Shown: positions 46,026 through 54,661 of the stretch, in pieces
Layout of the letters: each line of letters starts with the position of its first letter
Position numbering within the stretch: position 1 is the stretch's first letter
Assembly: GCA_965207735.1 (NCBI GenBank)
Contig: OZ242296.1
Location: 4,896,001-4,960,000 of the forward strand
From: Candidatus Versatilivorator sp.
Lineage (GTDB): Bacteria > Acidobacteriota > Terriglobia > Versatilivoradales > Versatilivoraceae
DNA length: 64,000 nucleotides
Reading direction: 5' to 3'
Notes under the pieces: generated by a model
What the model was told of the DNA's origin: nothing
Database searches by the model: none
The model's input: the letters and a program-made list of their open reading frames with translations, nothing else
Position numbers and translations under genes: made by a program

Positions 46026-47137
46026 CCCGCATTTCTCAGTGCGCCATGGAAAGGCGCCTTCTTCCAACGGGTGCGAAACCCGTCCAACAACTGTCGCTCC
46101 GGTTGGTAGCAGTCAGGGCGGATCATGGAGGTAACGATATGGTCTGAAGCCCTCTGGTGTCAAAGGGCCGCTTAAGGCGGTTCAGCGAGCATGCGGGCCG
46201 GAACGCGAGTGAACGTCGAGCAGGCCTCGAAACGGGCAATGCGGGGGCCGACCCACCTGAGAAATGGGGAAGGCCGAAGACGGAGGGGGAAGCGAGCGAC
46301 GCGGGCACCCCTTTGGACCCGCCGGGGTAGTGGCGCTGGCACGCATGGAAGGGGAAGAAGGCAGCAACATGGGAAGCCCTGTGGGTGGTGAGGCACGCAC
46401 CGAACCGGAAGCTCGCGAGAGTCAGTCTAGGCCGACAGGGTGGCGGAGAGGCCTGTAGTACCGGAGAAGCCGGGTAATACCGGTGGAGGGAAGGGGCCTC
46501 AGGTGAGGAGCGGTGACCGAAGGGGGAAGGGTCCCGGGAGTGGCGAAAGCCTGAAACCCCGACCAAAAAAGGGCCGGAGACTCCGGAAGCATCACATGCA
46601 AAAGTGAAAGGGTCGTCGGAGGAGGACGGCGTCGTCAGGGCATCAACAGGCCTGGCGGCAACCCGGGAGCGGAAGTGGATGGAGTGGGGGACGGGTGCCA
46701 ATCCCATAGGAGTCGTCCACGGATGCGAGCGGGGACCTGTGTGCGAGACGCATGATCCCACTGGAGAGCCGAGATGCGGGAAAACCGCACGTCCGGTTCG
46801 GAGAGCGGGGACTGGAAACGTGATAAGGGAGCCGGACTGAGGCCCGAAGCGAAAGCGACGGAATAGCCACCGGACCCTATAGTCAACGCGCCAGTCCTCG
46901 ACTCTACCCAGGGGGCATGATCATGGCGCAGGATTTTTCCCTTCAGCGCGTGCTCGCGACCGAAGAGCGTAGCGGTCACTACGCGCGAGGGAGCATGTGC
47001 GCGCTGAAGGGAAAAAGACAAGCCAGGGCATGCCCAGCGCCGTCTGTTACCCGCAAACCCTTACCATGGAGCCAATCAAAGTACTGAAGATGAACTACTT
47101 TTCGTCATGGCACCAGCGACCTGGTGAGAGATGCGGG
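46026..47137. mobile_element. 243-bp MITE, copy 2 (inverted), interrupted in its TIR by a group II intron
   Basis: CTAG at 46022-46025 and 47138-47141. Removing 46039-46907 restores cccgcatttctca|ccagggggcatg and gives exactly 243 bp. Confidence 0.9.
46039..46907 (+). ncRNA. ORF-less group II intron ribozyme (869 nt)
   Basis: 5' GTGCG; domain V gagccgagatgcgggaaaaccgcacgtccggttc (46766-46799) with AGC triad; domain VI with bulged A at 46901; 3' end ...CTCTAC; EBS1 and EBS2 complementary to the 5' exon; no RT ORF. Confidence 0.92.
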
Positions 47138-47295
47138 CTAGGGGGTTGAACTGACCTGTTCCAATGGGCTGCCGCCCCGACTTACGCCCACGGTTAAGTG
47201 CGGACGCCGCCTTGGCGGCTTATTGGCCCCCAGAGTGGCGCCCCGGGGGATGATCATTGGAAAATGCCGGCCCCTGTCCCAGCCAGGGATTCCAT

Positions 47296-47910
47296 CTACA
47301 CGATGAATTGCCTGGTCAGATAGACGGTGGCCGCTTCGCCGATCAGAACGGCCAGGATGAAGAGGGCGATGGCCCGGCCGCCCCTCATGTTGCAGGAGAT
47401 CGAGAAGGCCTTCCACATCAAGGCCACCATCCACACCACCCCGGCCAAGGTCACCAGGATACCGGTGGCCAGGGCCCCCCAGGGAAGTCCGGCCAGTTGA
47501 CCGCTTATCACGGCCGCCGCCACCCCGTCGAAAGCGTCTTGGATCAAGGGAAGGTTGCAGATCGCGGCCACCAGGAGCAGGGGCATCCGGGCCATGGCCT
47601 GGGTGCCTGCAATGTCGATAAGCCGAACGGCGCTCTTGCTGAAGAGCAGAGCCACCAACAGCAGCAGCAGAGTGAACACGGACCAGTTCACCAGCCCCTC
47701 CACCACCGGCACCCACAGCGCGACCTCGTTGCCCCCATGCACGTCGAGCAACCCGTCGAAGTGTATGCCGGCGCCGGCGGCCGCCAGTCCGGCCGCCACA
47801 ATCCCGGCGAGGCCGATAGCCAGGGACCGGGCACCGGCGATTCGAACGAAGGGATTGAACATCCACCGGCCGACGGTCATCTCCTGATGGGCTGAGGGGC
47901 TATTCTCCAT
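47296..47910 (-). CDS. YIP1-like integral membrane protein
   Basis: About five hydrophobic helices; FNPF..IAG and HFDGLLDVH blocks. Confidence 0.65.
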   Translation of the reverse strand: MENSPSAHQEMTVGRWMFNPFVRIAGARSLAIGLAGIVAAGLAAAGAGIHFDGLLDVHGGNEVALWVPVVEGLVNWSVFTLLLLLVALLFSKSAVRLIDIAGTQAMARMPLLLVAAICNLPLIQDAFDGVAAAVISGQLAGLPWGALATGILVTLAGVVWMVALMWKAFSISCNMRGGRAIALFILAVLIGEAATVYLTRQFIV

Positions 47911-48018
47911 CTTTCACCTCGTGTCCGTTGAGAGCCTCCATGACATCGCTCAGCAGGGAAATCAGATCGTCCAGCCGGTCGCGCACGGTCGCATGCCGCA
48001 CGCTGAATTTCCTGCCGG
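47900..48018 (-). pseudogene. Possible 3' relic of a DUF2089-like HTH gene
   Basis: Minus-strand frame reads FSVRHATVRDRLDDLIS, resembling the SYPTVRxRLDxLI pattern (from memory); no start codon. Confidence 0.3.
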
Positions 48019-48020
48019 TT

Positions 48021-48437
48021 TCAATTCGTTTTCATTAGGATGATGAAGCCTTCCTGGGCGAAATGGCGGTCATTGGTCAGGATTTCGGTGATGGATTCGG
48101 CCTCCATGACGTTCATGGAAATACAATCCTGCAGACTGTAAGCCTTGTCGCTTCGCGCCTCAAACCGCGCCAGTCCTTTTTGAAAGGATTCTCGCGATTG
48201 GGGAACCACACTTACGTTCGGATTCGCGAGAATCGTATGCACGATTCTTGCCGCACCGAGGCGAAGCGCGGGGCTACCCCGGGACAAAGCCGCCAGAAAC
48301 TCCGTCAGAACTTCATCCGTAGTAACAAGGCGCGCGTGACCCAATTGCCGGCGGGCTCTTGTCGCAGCTTCTTTCCACGGATCGTTCGGCCGGACTGTAG
48401 CAATCCAATAGACAGTGTCAACGAATACGGTCTTCAC
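48021..48437 (-). CDS. vapC: PIN-domain ribonuclease toxin (VapC family)
   Basis: VFVDT, VLTE, SLQDCIS and TNDRHF acidic PIN residues; GTG start overlaps the upstream TGA (GTGA 48437-48434). Confidence 0.88.
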   Translation of the reverse strand: MKTVFVDTVYWIATVRPNDPWKEAATRARRQLGHARLVTTDEVLTEFLAALSRGSPALRLGAARIVHTILANPNVSVVPQSRESFQKGLARFEARSDKAYSLQDCISMNVMEAESITEILTNDRHFAQEGFIILMKTN

Positions 48438-49267
48438 CAGTTCTGGTCGCCGTACAGGTAGTGGTCCAATCGGTCCGTAAGGTCTGCAGGAAGGCTTTCC
48501 CAATCCTCGGCGGTGACACCCTTCAATGCTTCAGCCATTGCATCCTCCACATCGGGAGGCTTTACCTGTGCAGTGGACTCATCAGGAATCAGAATCGCTC
48601 GAATGGCCGCCTCGATCTCAGTCGGATTGGTCAGAAACCATTCTTTCCCGGGTAAGTCATCGATCACCTGTTTGCGCTCCCTGAACCATGCATGGAGGAG
48701 ATCCTCACGTCTCTTGGCTTCAGCCTCGTCCTCACACCCAATCCGAAGCAGGTAGCACGGCCGTTCAGGTAGATTCTCCCAGAAATCCCCAAGCCGCCGC
48801 CGGAACCCGTCTGCGCCAGCCCGTCCGATCTTTATCCTCCATCTTCGCCGGAAAGTTTCGCGGTAACGTGGAAGGCACCAAGCATAGACCTCACAGGGTC
48901 CTTCCCCGAAGTCCTTCTCAGGAGCCAGAGAATCGCCGTCGTACGAATCGCTTACCTGAAGCGGAGAAGCAGCCGAGTGGTCCGCGTATTCCGCCTGATC
49001 GGGGAAGGCTGTAAACCGATAGCGACCGCGGGCTTCCTTCCGGAAGGGGCTCTCATTTCCAACCAGCCATTTCTTGAGAACGATCGCTATGTTTTTTTTG
49101 GTGGTGTCCCTGCTCCCACCCAAGCGAAGGAATTGTTCCCTCAGCACTTCACAGATTCTGTCCTTCTTGTACAATTCCCCAAGGTTAAAGATCCCTGGAA
49201 GTCGACACAGTTCCCGGGCTACCTCCGCCCCAAACGGCTCCTTTGCCAATTCGTGTAACAGATCCAT
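48434..49267 (-). CDS. GIY-YIG (T5orf172/MUG113-like) nuclease-domain protein with a C-terminal antitoxin-like tail
   Basis: VYAW, IKIGRA, RRL, EDLLH and GKEWF motifs; tail LPADLTDRLDHYLYG; GGAGG RBS before ATG 49267. Confidence 0.75.
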   Translation of the reverse strand: MDLLHELAKEPFGAEVARELCRLPGIFNLGELYKKDRICEVLREQFLRLGGSRDTTKKNIAIVLKKWLVGNESPFRKEARGRYRFTAFPDQAEYADHSAASPLQVSDSYDGDSLAPEKDFGEGPCEVYAWCLPRYRETFRRRWRIKIGRAGADGFRRRLGDFWENLPERPCYLLRIGCEDEAEAKRREDLLHAWFRERKQVIDDLPGKEWFLTNPTEIEAAIRAILIPDESTAQVKPPDVEDAMAEALKGVTAEDWESLPADLTDRLDHYLYGDQNW

Positions 49268-49552
49268 TCCCTCCCCCTGTTGGGTCACTTCCCTCCAAGA
49301 GTCCTTCAAATAACGCCAGTGGAATCTGTCGCTCCCAGTACTTCGGGCCTACTGCAACGCTGCGGTGGCAGGCAATCCTTCCTTCCCTGATCTCGCCAGC
49401 GCATCGCCCGCGACCGGCAAGAAGACTATCACAGATTGGCACCTTAGGTCAATAGGAACCTGAAAGGTACACAGGAAGAGACTATATGGACCGTAAGGAT
49501 ACAATGGCTTGCATATTGTAGGAACTACTGTCACGCCGCCACCCGGCACTAG

Positions 49553-51250
49553 CCCGCATTTCTCACCAGAGTTCGCACAGGAGCGGTAAAAGGGGCCATG
49601 GAGGCATTTGAGGCCGAGTTTAACAACGTTGGTGGCTGGATCGGTAGGCAAAGGCCAACAGCGGAGGCTTCTGAGGCTCTCCGAGGAACCTCAGGCGGCA
49701 TTTTCCCTCGAAAACAGCGACACCTCTGCCATCGGGCCTGGTGGCCGCGTCTTCAAGGGCCAGGAGTGACGGTCGGGTCAGGGCACCTCAGGGCGGCAGG
49801 TGAGCCCAAGCGATGCGGAACTCCCTCTGGTAAGGACATCCGGAAGCCATGGCGACCTTGATGCGACGGACCGAGATGGTGACCTGAGCGCCGATCTTGA
49901 GCAGTTTGAGTCTGATGGAACCGACGGTGGCCCGGGCCAGGCAGGTGGATTGCAGCGCCCGCCGGCGCAAGCCCTCCACCAGCACATAGGCGAAAGAGGT
50001 CATCAGGAGCCGGAGCTGATTCGCCCGGAAGGAGTGGGTGGAGGTGCGATCGGCAAACAGGTCGAGTTGCTGCTCCTTGATGCGGTTTTCCATCTCACCG
50101 CGGGCACAGTAGATCTTCTCATAGAGGAACTGGGCGGGGTAGTCCTGGACCGACAGAGAGGTGACGACGAAGCGGGGGTTGGGGCCGCGGGGCAGGACCT
50201 CGGCTTTGGCGACCAGGCGGCGCTCGTGGGACCAGCTCTTGTGAGTGCGGTAGGAGAGGTCGGTGAAGATCCGGGCGGGCTGCTGTTGCTGGTCTGAGAG
50301 GGCCTGGGCCTGAGCCAACTCGGGGGCGATGGCGTCTTGGAGGCGGGAGTTGCGGGCCAGGCCGAAGAGATAGTCGACCTGATGCTGCTCACACCACCCC
50401 ATCAGCTCCTCACGGGCAAAGCCGGAGTCGGCCCGCAGCAGGATCTTGACCTGAGGCCAGACACGCCGTAGGCGGGAGACGATGCGCTGGACCTGCTCCA
50501 GAGCGCCGGCGGAGGCATCGATGTTGGCGGGTCTGAGCAGGGCCGAGAGCAGATGGCGGCCCGAGAAGATGTAGAGGGGCAGGTAGCAGTAGCCTCGGTA
50601 GTAGCCGTGGAAGAAGCGGTCCTCTTGTTCCCCGTGGAGGGGATCGTCAGTGGCGTCGAGGTCGAGGATGATCTCATCGGGGGGTTGGGGATGGGCTTGC
50701 AGAAACAGTTTCACCAGGAGGGCTTGCAAGGCCTCGGGGTCGTGGTCAATCTTGTGGTAGCGGGTGGGGCCTTGGGTGGGGGCGTGTTCGAGTCGGTTGA
50801 GGGTGCTCTTGCCTGCCAGGGGAGGCGAGTCGCCACGACGGCCTTTCTCTGAAAACAAGGCCATGAGGGGATCGTGACGGAGTTGGTCGTGGTCGATGAG
50901 ATCCTCGTAGCCGAGGGCGATGCCACGGATGCGCTGAGCGATGAGGGTGCGCAGGCTGTATTGGGTCCGCTTGGGGTCGCGGTGATCGGTGAAACAGTCG
51001 GCCACCTGGTCGGAGAGAGATAAGCCCCGATCCACCCGGCGCAACAGCAGGGAGCCGGCATCGGAAGTGATGGGACCGCCGTCGAAATCAGCCACCACGC
51101 GGCGGCGGCCGTGGGGTTCAAACTCCAGGGGTTTGGTGTTACACTGTGTCGGCATCGGTTCTCCTTTAAGAATCTGGTTAACTCCTTAGACAAGAGTATT
51201 TTACCAGATTCCGAGAACCGATGCTTCCTACCTCTGGTGAGAAATGCGGG
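49553..51250 (-). mobile_element. IS1380-family insertion sequence (1698 bp)
   Basis: TIRs cccgcatttctcaccagag / ctctggtgagaaatgcggg; CTAG on both sides (49549-49552 and 51251-51254). Confidence 0.93.
49788..51155 (-). CDS. IS1380-family transposase
   Basis: FDGGPITSDAG, GYED, DLDATDD, HGEQE, RADSGF and YCARGEMENRIKE motifs. Confidence 0.95.
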   Translation of the reverse strand: MPTQCNTKPLEFEPHGRRRVVADFDGGPITSDAGSLLLRRVDRGLSLSDQVADCFTDHRDPKRTQYSLRTLIAQRIRGIALGYEDLIDHDQLRHDPLMALFSEKGRRGDSPPLAGKSTLNRLEHAPTQGPTRYHKIDHDPEALQALLVKLFLQAHPQPPDEIILDLDATDDPLHGEQEDRFFHGYYRGYCYLPLYIFSGRHLLSALLRPANIDASAGALEQVQRIVSRLRRVWPQVKILLRADSGFAREELMGWCEQHQVDYLFGLARNSRLQDAIAPELAQAQALSDQQQQPARIFTDLSYRTHKSWSHERRLVAKAEVLPRGPNPRFVVTSLSVQDYPAQFLYEKIYCARGEMENRIKEQQLDLFADRTSTHSFRANQLRLLMTSFAYVLVEGLRRRALQSTCLARATVGSIRLKLLKIGAQVTISVRRIKVAMASGCPYQREFRIAWAHLPP

Positions 51251-51254
51251 CTAG

Positions 51255-52834
51255 GAGTCTGCGCCGCAGAAAACCCGGGCAGGGCTGAATGATACAATAA
51301 CGGGCTTAGAGACATCATAGGAGGTGGTGGATGGGGACAAGGTTTCGCCCGTATCAGCCGAAGCAACTGTTGATGTTGCCGCCGGACCTGGGGGAGTGGG
51401 TACCGGAAGGGCACTTGGCCCATCAGGTGAGTGAGTTGGTGGATGGGCTGGAGTTGAGAGCGTTTTACCGGCCCTATGAAGAGGACGGGAGGCGCAACTC
51501 GCCCTACGAGCCGCGGATGATGGTGAAGGTGTTGATTTACGCCTATGCGACAGGGGTGTTCTCGTCGCGCAAGATCGCGAGGAAGCTGGAGGAAGACGTG
51601 GCGTTTCGGATGCTGGCGGCGGGGAACTTTCCGCAGCATCGGACGTTGTGCGAGTTTCGCCGCCGGCATTTGAAGGACTTCAAGCAGCTGTTCGTACAGG
51701 TGGTGAGCTTGGCGCGGGAGATGGGGATGGTGGGGTTGGGGCGATTGGGGATCGACGGGACGAAGGTGCGGGCGAACGCGAGCCGGCGCAAGGCGATGAG
51801 CTATGGTCGGATGAAGGAGCGGGAGCGGCAACTGAAGGCAGAGATCCATGAGTTGTTGAAGAAGGCGCGGCGGGAGGACCGGGAGGAAGATGAGCGGTAC
51901 GGGGAAGACCGGCGTGGGGATGAGTTGCCCGAGGAGTTGCGGCGGCGGGAGGACCGGCTGGCGGCGATCGAGGCGGCCAAGCAGCGGCTGGAGGCGGCCC
52001 AGCGGGAGGCCGATGAGGAGCGGGGGCGCAAACCGGGACAGGACCGCAACCCGAAAGCACGACGGCCCTACAAGCGGGCCTACGGAGAACCGGAGGAGAA
52101 GGCGCAGAGTAATTTCACCGATCCGGAAAGCCGGATCATGAAGACTTCCACCGAGGGGTTCCAGCAATGCTACAACGCGCAGGTGGCGGTGGACGGAGAG
52201 CACCAGATCATTGTGGCCACCGAGGTAACGGCGCAGGCGAGCGATCAGGGGCAGATGATGGAGTTGCTGGAGGAGGTGGAGGAGAGCTTCCAGGAGATAC
52301 CGAAACAGGTGCTGGCGGATGCGGGCTACTGCAATGAGGAGGACTTGCAGGCCCTGGAAGAGAGAGGAGTGGACGGTTATGTTGCGCTGGGGCGCGAGGG
52401 GAAGCGGGCGGTAGAGATCGATCCCAGGAAGCATCCGGCCAAGAGTCGTATGAGGAAGAAGCTGGCCAGCCTAGCCGGTCAGGTGGAGTATCGGCGGAGG
52501 AAGTGGATTGCCGAAGCCCCTCATGGGTGGATCAAGGAGGGGCTGGGATTCCGACGGTTCAGTCTGCGGGGCTTGCAATCAGTGCAGGGGGAGTGGGACT
52601 TGGTGTGTCTGGCCCTCAACATCAAGAGGATGAGTGCGTTGATGGCGGCCTGAAGCAAGGGATTTCCACCCAATACCCAGGGCCACGGAGGTCCTCAACC
52701 GCCCATTGTGGGAGCCCACAGGACGCTTGAGACTCTATCAACGCCCAAGTGGCTCCCAAGCACTCCTTGGAACCGGCCTTGCGCAGTAGCCTCTCGCTCT
52801 TGAACTTTCCGAAATCGTCCTGCGGCGCAGACTC
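51255..52834 (+). mobile_element. IS1182-family insertion sequence (1580 bp)
   Basis: Perfect 15-bp TIRs gagtctgcgccgcag / ctgcggcgcagactc; CTAG on both sides. Confidence 0.92.
51331..52653 (+). CDS. IS1182-family transposase
   Basis: PYEPRMMVKVLIYAY, SSRKI, DGTKVRANAS, TDPESR, YNAQ, ADAGY and GFRRFSLRG motifs. Confidence 0.94.
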   Translation: MGTRFRPYQPKQLLMLPPDLGEWVPEGHLAHQVSELVDGLELRAFYRPYEEDGRRNSPYEPRMMVKVLIYAYATGVFSSRKIARKLEEDVAFRMLAAGNFPQHRTLCEFRRRHLKDFKQLFVQVVSLAREMGMVGLGRLGIDGTKVRANASRRKAMSYGRMKERERQLKAEIHELLKKARREDREEDERYGEDRRGDELPEELRRREDRLAAIEAAKQRLEAAQREADEERGRKPGQDRNPKARRPYKRAYGEPEEKAQSNFTDPESRIMKTSTEGFQQCYNAQVAVDGEHQIIVATEVTAQASDQGQMMELLEEVEESFQEIPKQVLADAGYCNEEDLQALEERGVDGYVALGREGKRAVEIDPRKHPAKSRMRKKLASLAGQVEYRRRKWIAEAPHGWIKEGLGFRRFSLRGLQSVQGEWDLVCLALNIKRMSALMAA

Positions 52835-52838
52835 CTAG

Positions 52839-53081
52839 CCCGCATTTCTCGCCAGGTCGCTGGTGCCATGACGAAAAGCAGTTTATCTTCAGTACTTTGA
52901 TTGGCTCCATGGTAAGGGCTTGCGGGTAACAGACTGCGCTGGGCATGCCCTGGCTTGTCTTTTTCCCTTCAGCGCGCACATGCTCCCTCGCGCGTAGTGA
53001 CCGCTACGCTCTTCGGTCGCGAGCACGCCCTGAAGGGAAATATCCTGCGCCATGTTCATGCCCCCTGGTGAGAAATGCGGG
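52839..53081. mobile_element. 243-bp MITE, copy 3
   Basis: Near-identical to 17414-17656; CTAG at 52835-52838 and 53082-53085. Confidence 0.9.
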
Positions 53082-53168
53082 CTAGGCAGCACGGCCCCCG
53101 GCCGCCTTGGGGAGGGAGACGGAGTATAGGACGGAATGGCTTTGGATGGGGGCCGGCTGCGTGCCGGG

Positions 53169-54626
53169 TCAGGCCAGGACTTCCTTGATGGGCCTGCCGC
53201 CTAGGTCGGTGAGCCGCTTGAGGCGTCCCGCGTGGTAGTAGGTCAGGCGCATGTCGTCCAGACCCATCAGGCGAAGGATGGTGGCGTGCAGGTCGTGCAG
53301 GTGGTAGACGTTCTCGGCGGCCTTGATGCCCAGCTCGTCGGTGTTGCCGACGACCGTGCCTCCCTTGATCCCTCCGCCGGCGAACCACATCACCATGGCT
53401 TCCTTGTTGTGGTCGCGGCCGGGATTGGAACGGAAGAAGTCCATGGAATTGTCGGCCGTGCGTCCGAATTCGCCGCCCCAGACCAGCAGGGTCTGGTCCA
53501 GCAGCCCCCGCTGCTTCAGATCCTTCAGCAGGGCGGTCACCGGTCGGTCGGTTTCATAGCCCCGCCTTCGATGCTCGGCCGCGATGTTCTCGTGGGAGTC
53601 CCAGCCGCTGCAGTAGACCTGCACGAAGCGCACCCCGCGCTCCACCAGGCGGCGGGCCATCAGGCACTTGCGGGCCATGGGCTCGGTGATCTCGTCGTTG
53701 AGTCCGTAGAGCTCCTTGGTCTTCTCCGACTCGCTGTCGACGTCGAGAGCCCCCGGGACGGCGAATTGCATGCGGAAGGCCAGTTCGTAGTTCTTCATGC
53801 GGGTCAGCAAGCCGCTGTTGGAGGGGTCCGACTGCAGATAGGGCTCGTTCAGCTCGTTCAGAAGCGTGACGCTGGCCTCCTGTTCCTCCCGGCTCGTCCC
53901 CGCGGGTGGCTGCAGGTCCACGATGGGGACACCGTCGGGGTTGAGCATGGTGCCGTGACAAGCCGCCGGCAGATAGGCGTTGGAGTAGTTGACCGCGCCT
54001 CCCGAAATGCCTCGCCGCCGGTCGGGCAACACCACGAAGGAGGGCAGGTTCTGGTTCTCGCTGCCCAGCCCGTAGATCAGCCAGGAGCCCACCGAGGGAC
54101 TTCCCGGAATGGAGACCCCGGTGTTCATCAGAAAGCACCCCGCCGGATGGTTGTGGGAATCGGTATGCAGCGACCGGACCACCGCGATGTCGTCCACGCA
54201 GGTGGACAGGTGGGGAAAGATATCCGAGACCTCCATGCCGCACTGCCCGTGCCTGGCGAACTTGAAGGGGGAGCCCACGTAGATCCGCTTCTCCATGCTG
54301 CCGTAAATCCGGGTGACCGGTGTGCCGTGGTGCTTGTCCAGAGCGGGCTTGGGATCGAAGGTGTCCATCTGGCTGGGGGCGCCTTCCATGAAGAGGAAGA
54401 TGCAGGACTTGGCCTTGCTCTGGAAATGGGGGGCCTTGGGCAGCAGGGGATCCTCGAGCCGGCTACTGGCGCCGCGAAGCGTGTCCTGGAAGAGCATCGA
54501 GGACAGGGCCAGGCTTCCCAGGCCGCGGCCGAACCGGAACAGGAAGTCCCTGCGCCCCAACCCGCCCAGGCGAGGGTCGGGACCGGGCTCGACCTGTCCG
54601 CAGAAGCTGAATTCGGGCTTTGGCAT
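53169..54626 (-). CDS. DUF1501 domain protein (Tat-exported, planctomycete-type)
   Basis: GRRDFL Tat motif; IFLFMEGAPSQMDTFDPKP, ARRLVERGVRFVQ, WDSH, GEFGRT and GRDH. Confidence 0.92.
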   Translation of the reverse strand: MPKPEFSFCGQVEPGPDPRLGGLGRRDFLFRFGRGLGSLALSSMLFQDTLRGASSRLEDPLLPKAPHFQSKAKSCIFLFMEGAPSQMDTFDPKPALDKHHGTPVTRIYGSMEKRIYVGSPFKFARHGQCGMEVSDIFPHLSTCVDDIAVVRSLHTDSHNHPAGCFLMNTGVSIPGSPSVGSWLIYGLGSENQNLPSFVVLPDRRRGISGGAVNYSNAYLPAACHGTMLNPDGVPIVDLQPPAGTSREEQEASVTLLNELNEPYLQSDPSNSGLLTRMKNYELAFRMQFAVPGALDVDSESEKTKELYGLNDEITEPMARKCLMARRLVERGVRFVQVYCSGWDSHENIAAEHRRRGYETDRPVTALLKDLKQRGLLDQTLLVWGGEFGRTADNSMDFFRSNPGRDHNKEAMVMWFAGGGIKGGTVVGNTDELGIKAAENVYHLHDLHATILRLMGLDDMRLTYYHAGRLKRLTDLGGRPIKEVLA

Positions 54627-54661
54627 CGGGGACTCCTTATTGGGTTCCGTGGCCCTTCAGG

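Noticed and set aside
46123-47021. ORFs of 212 aa and 128 aa as an intron-encoded protein
   Set aside because: They are antisense to the ribozyme and lack RT (YADD) or endonuclease motifs.
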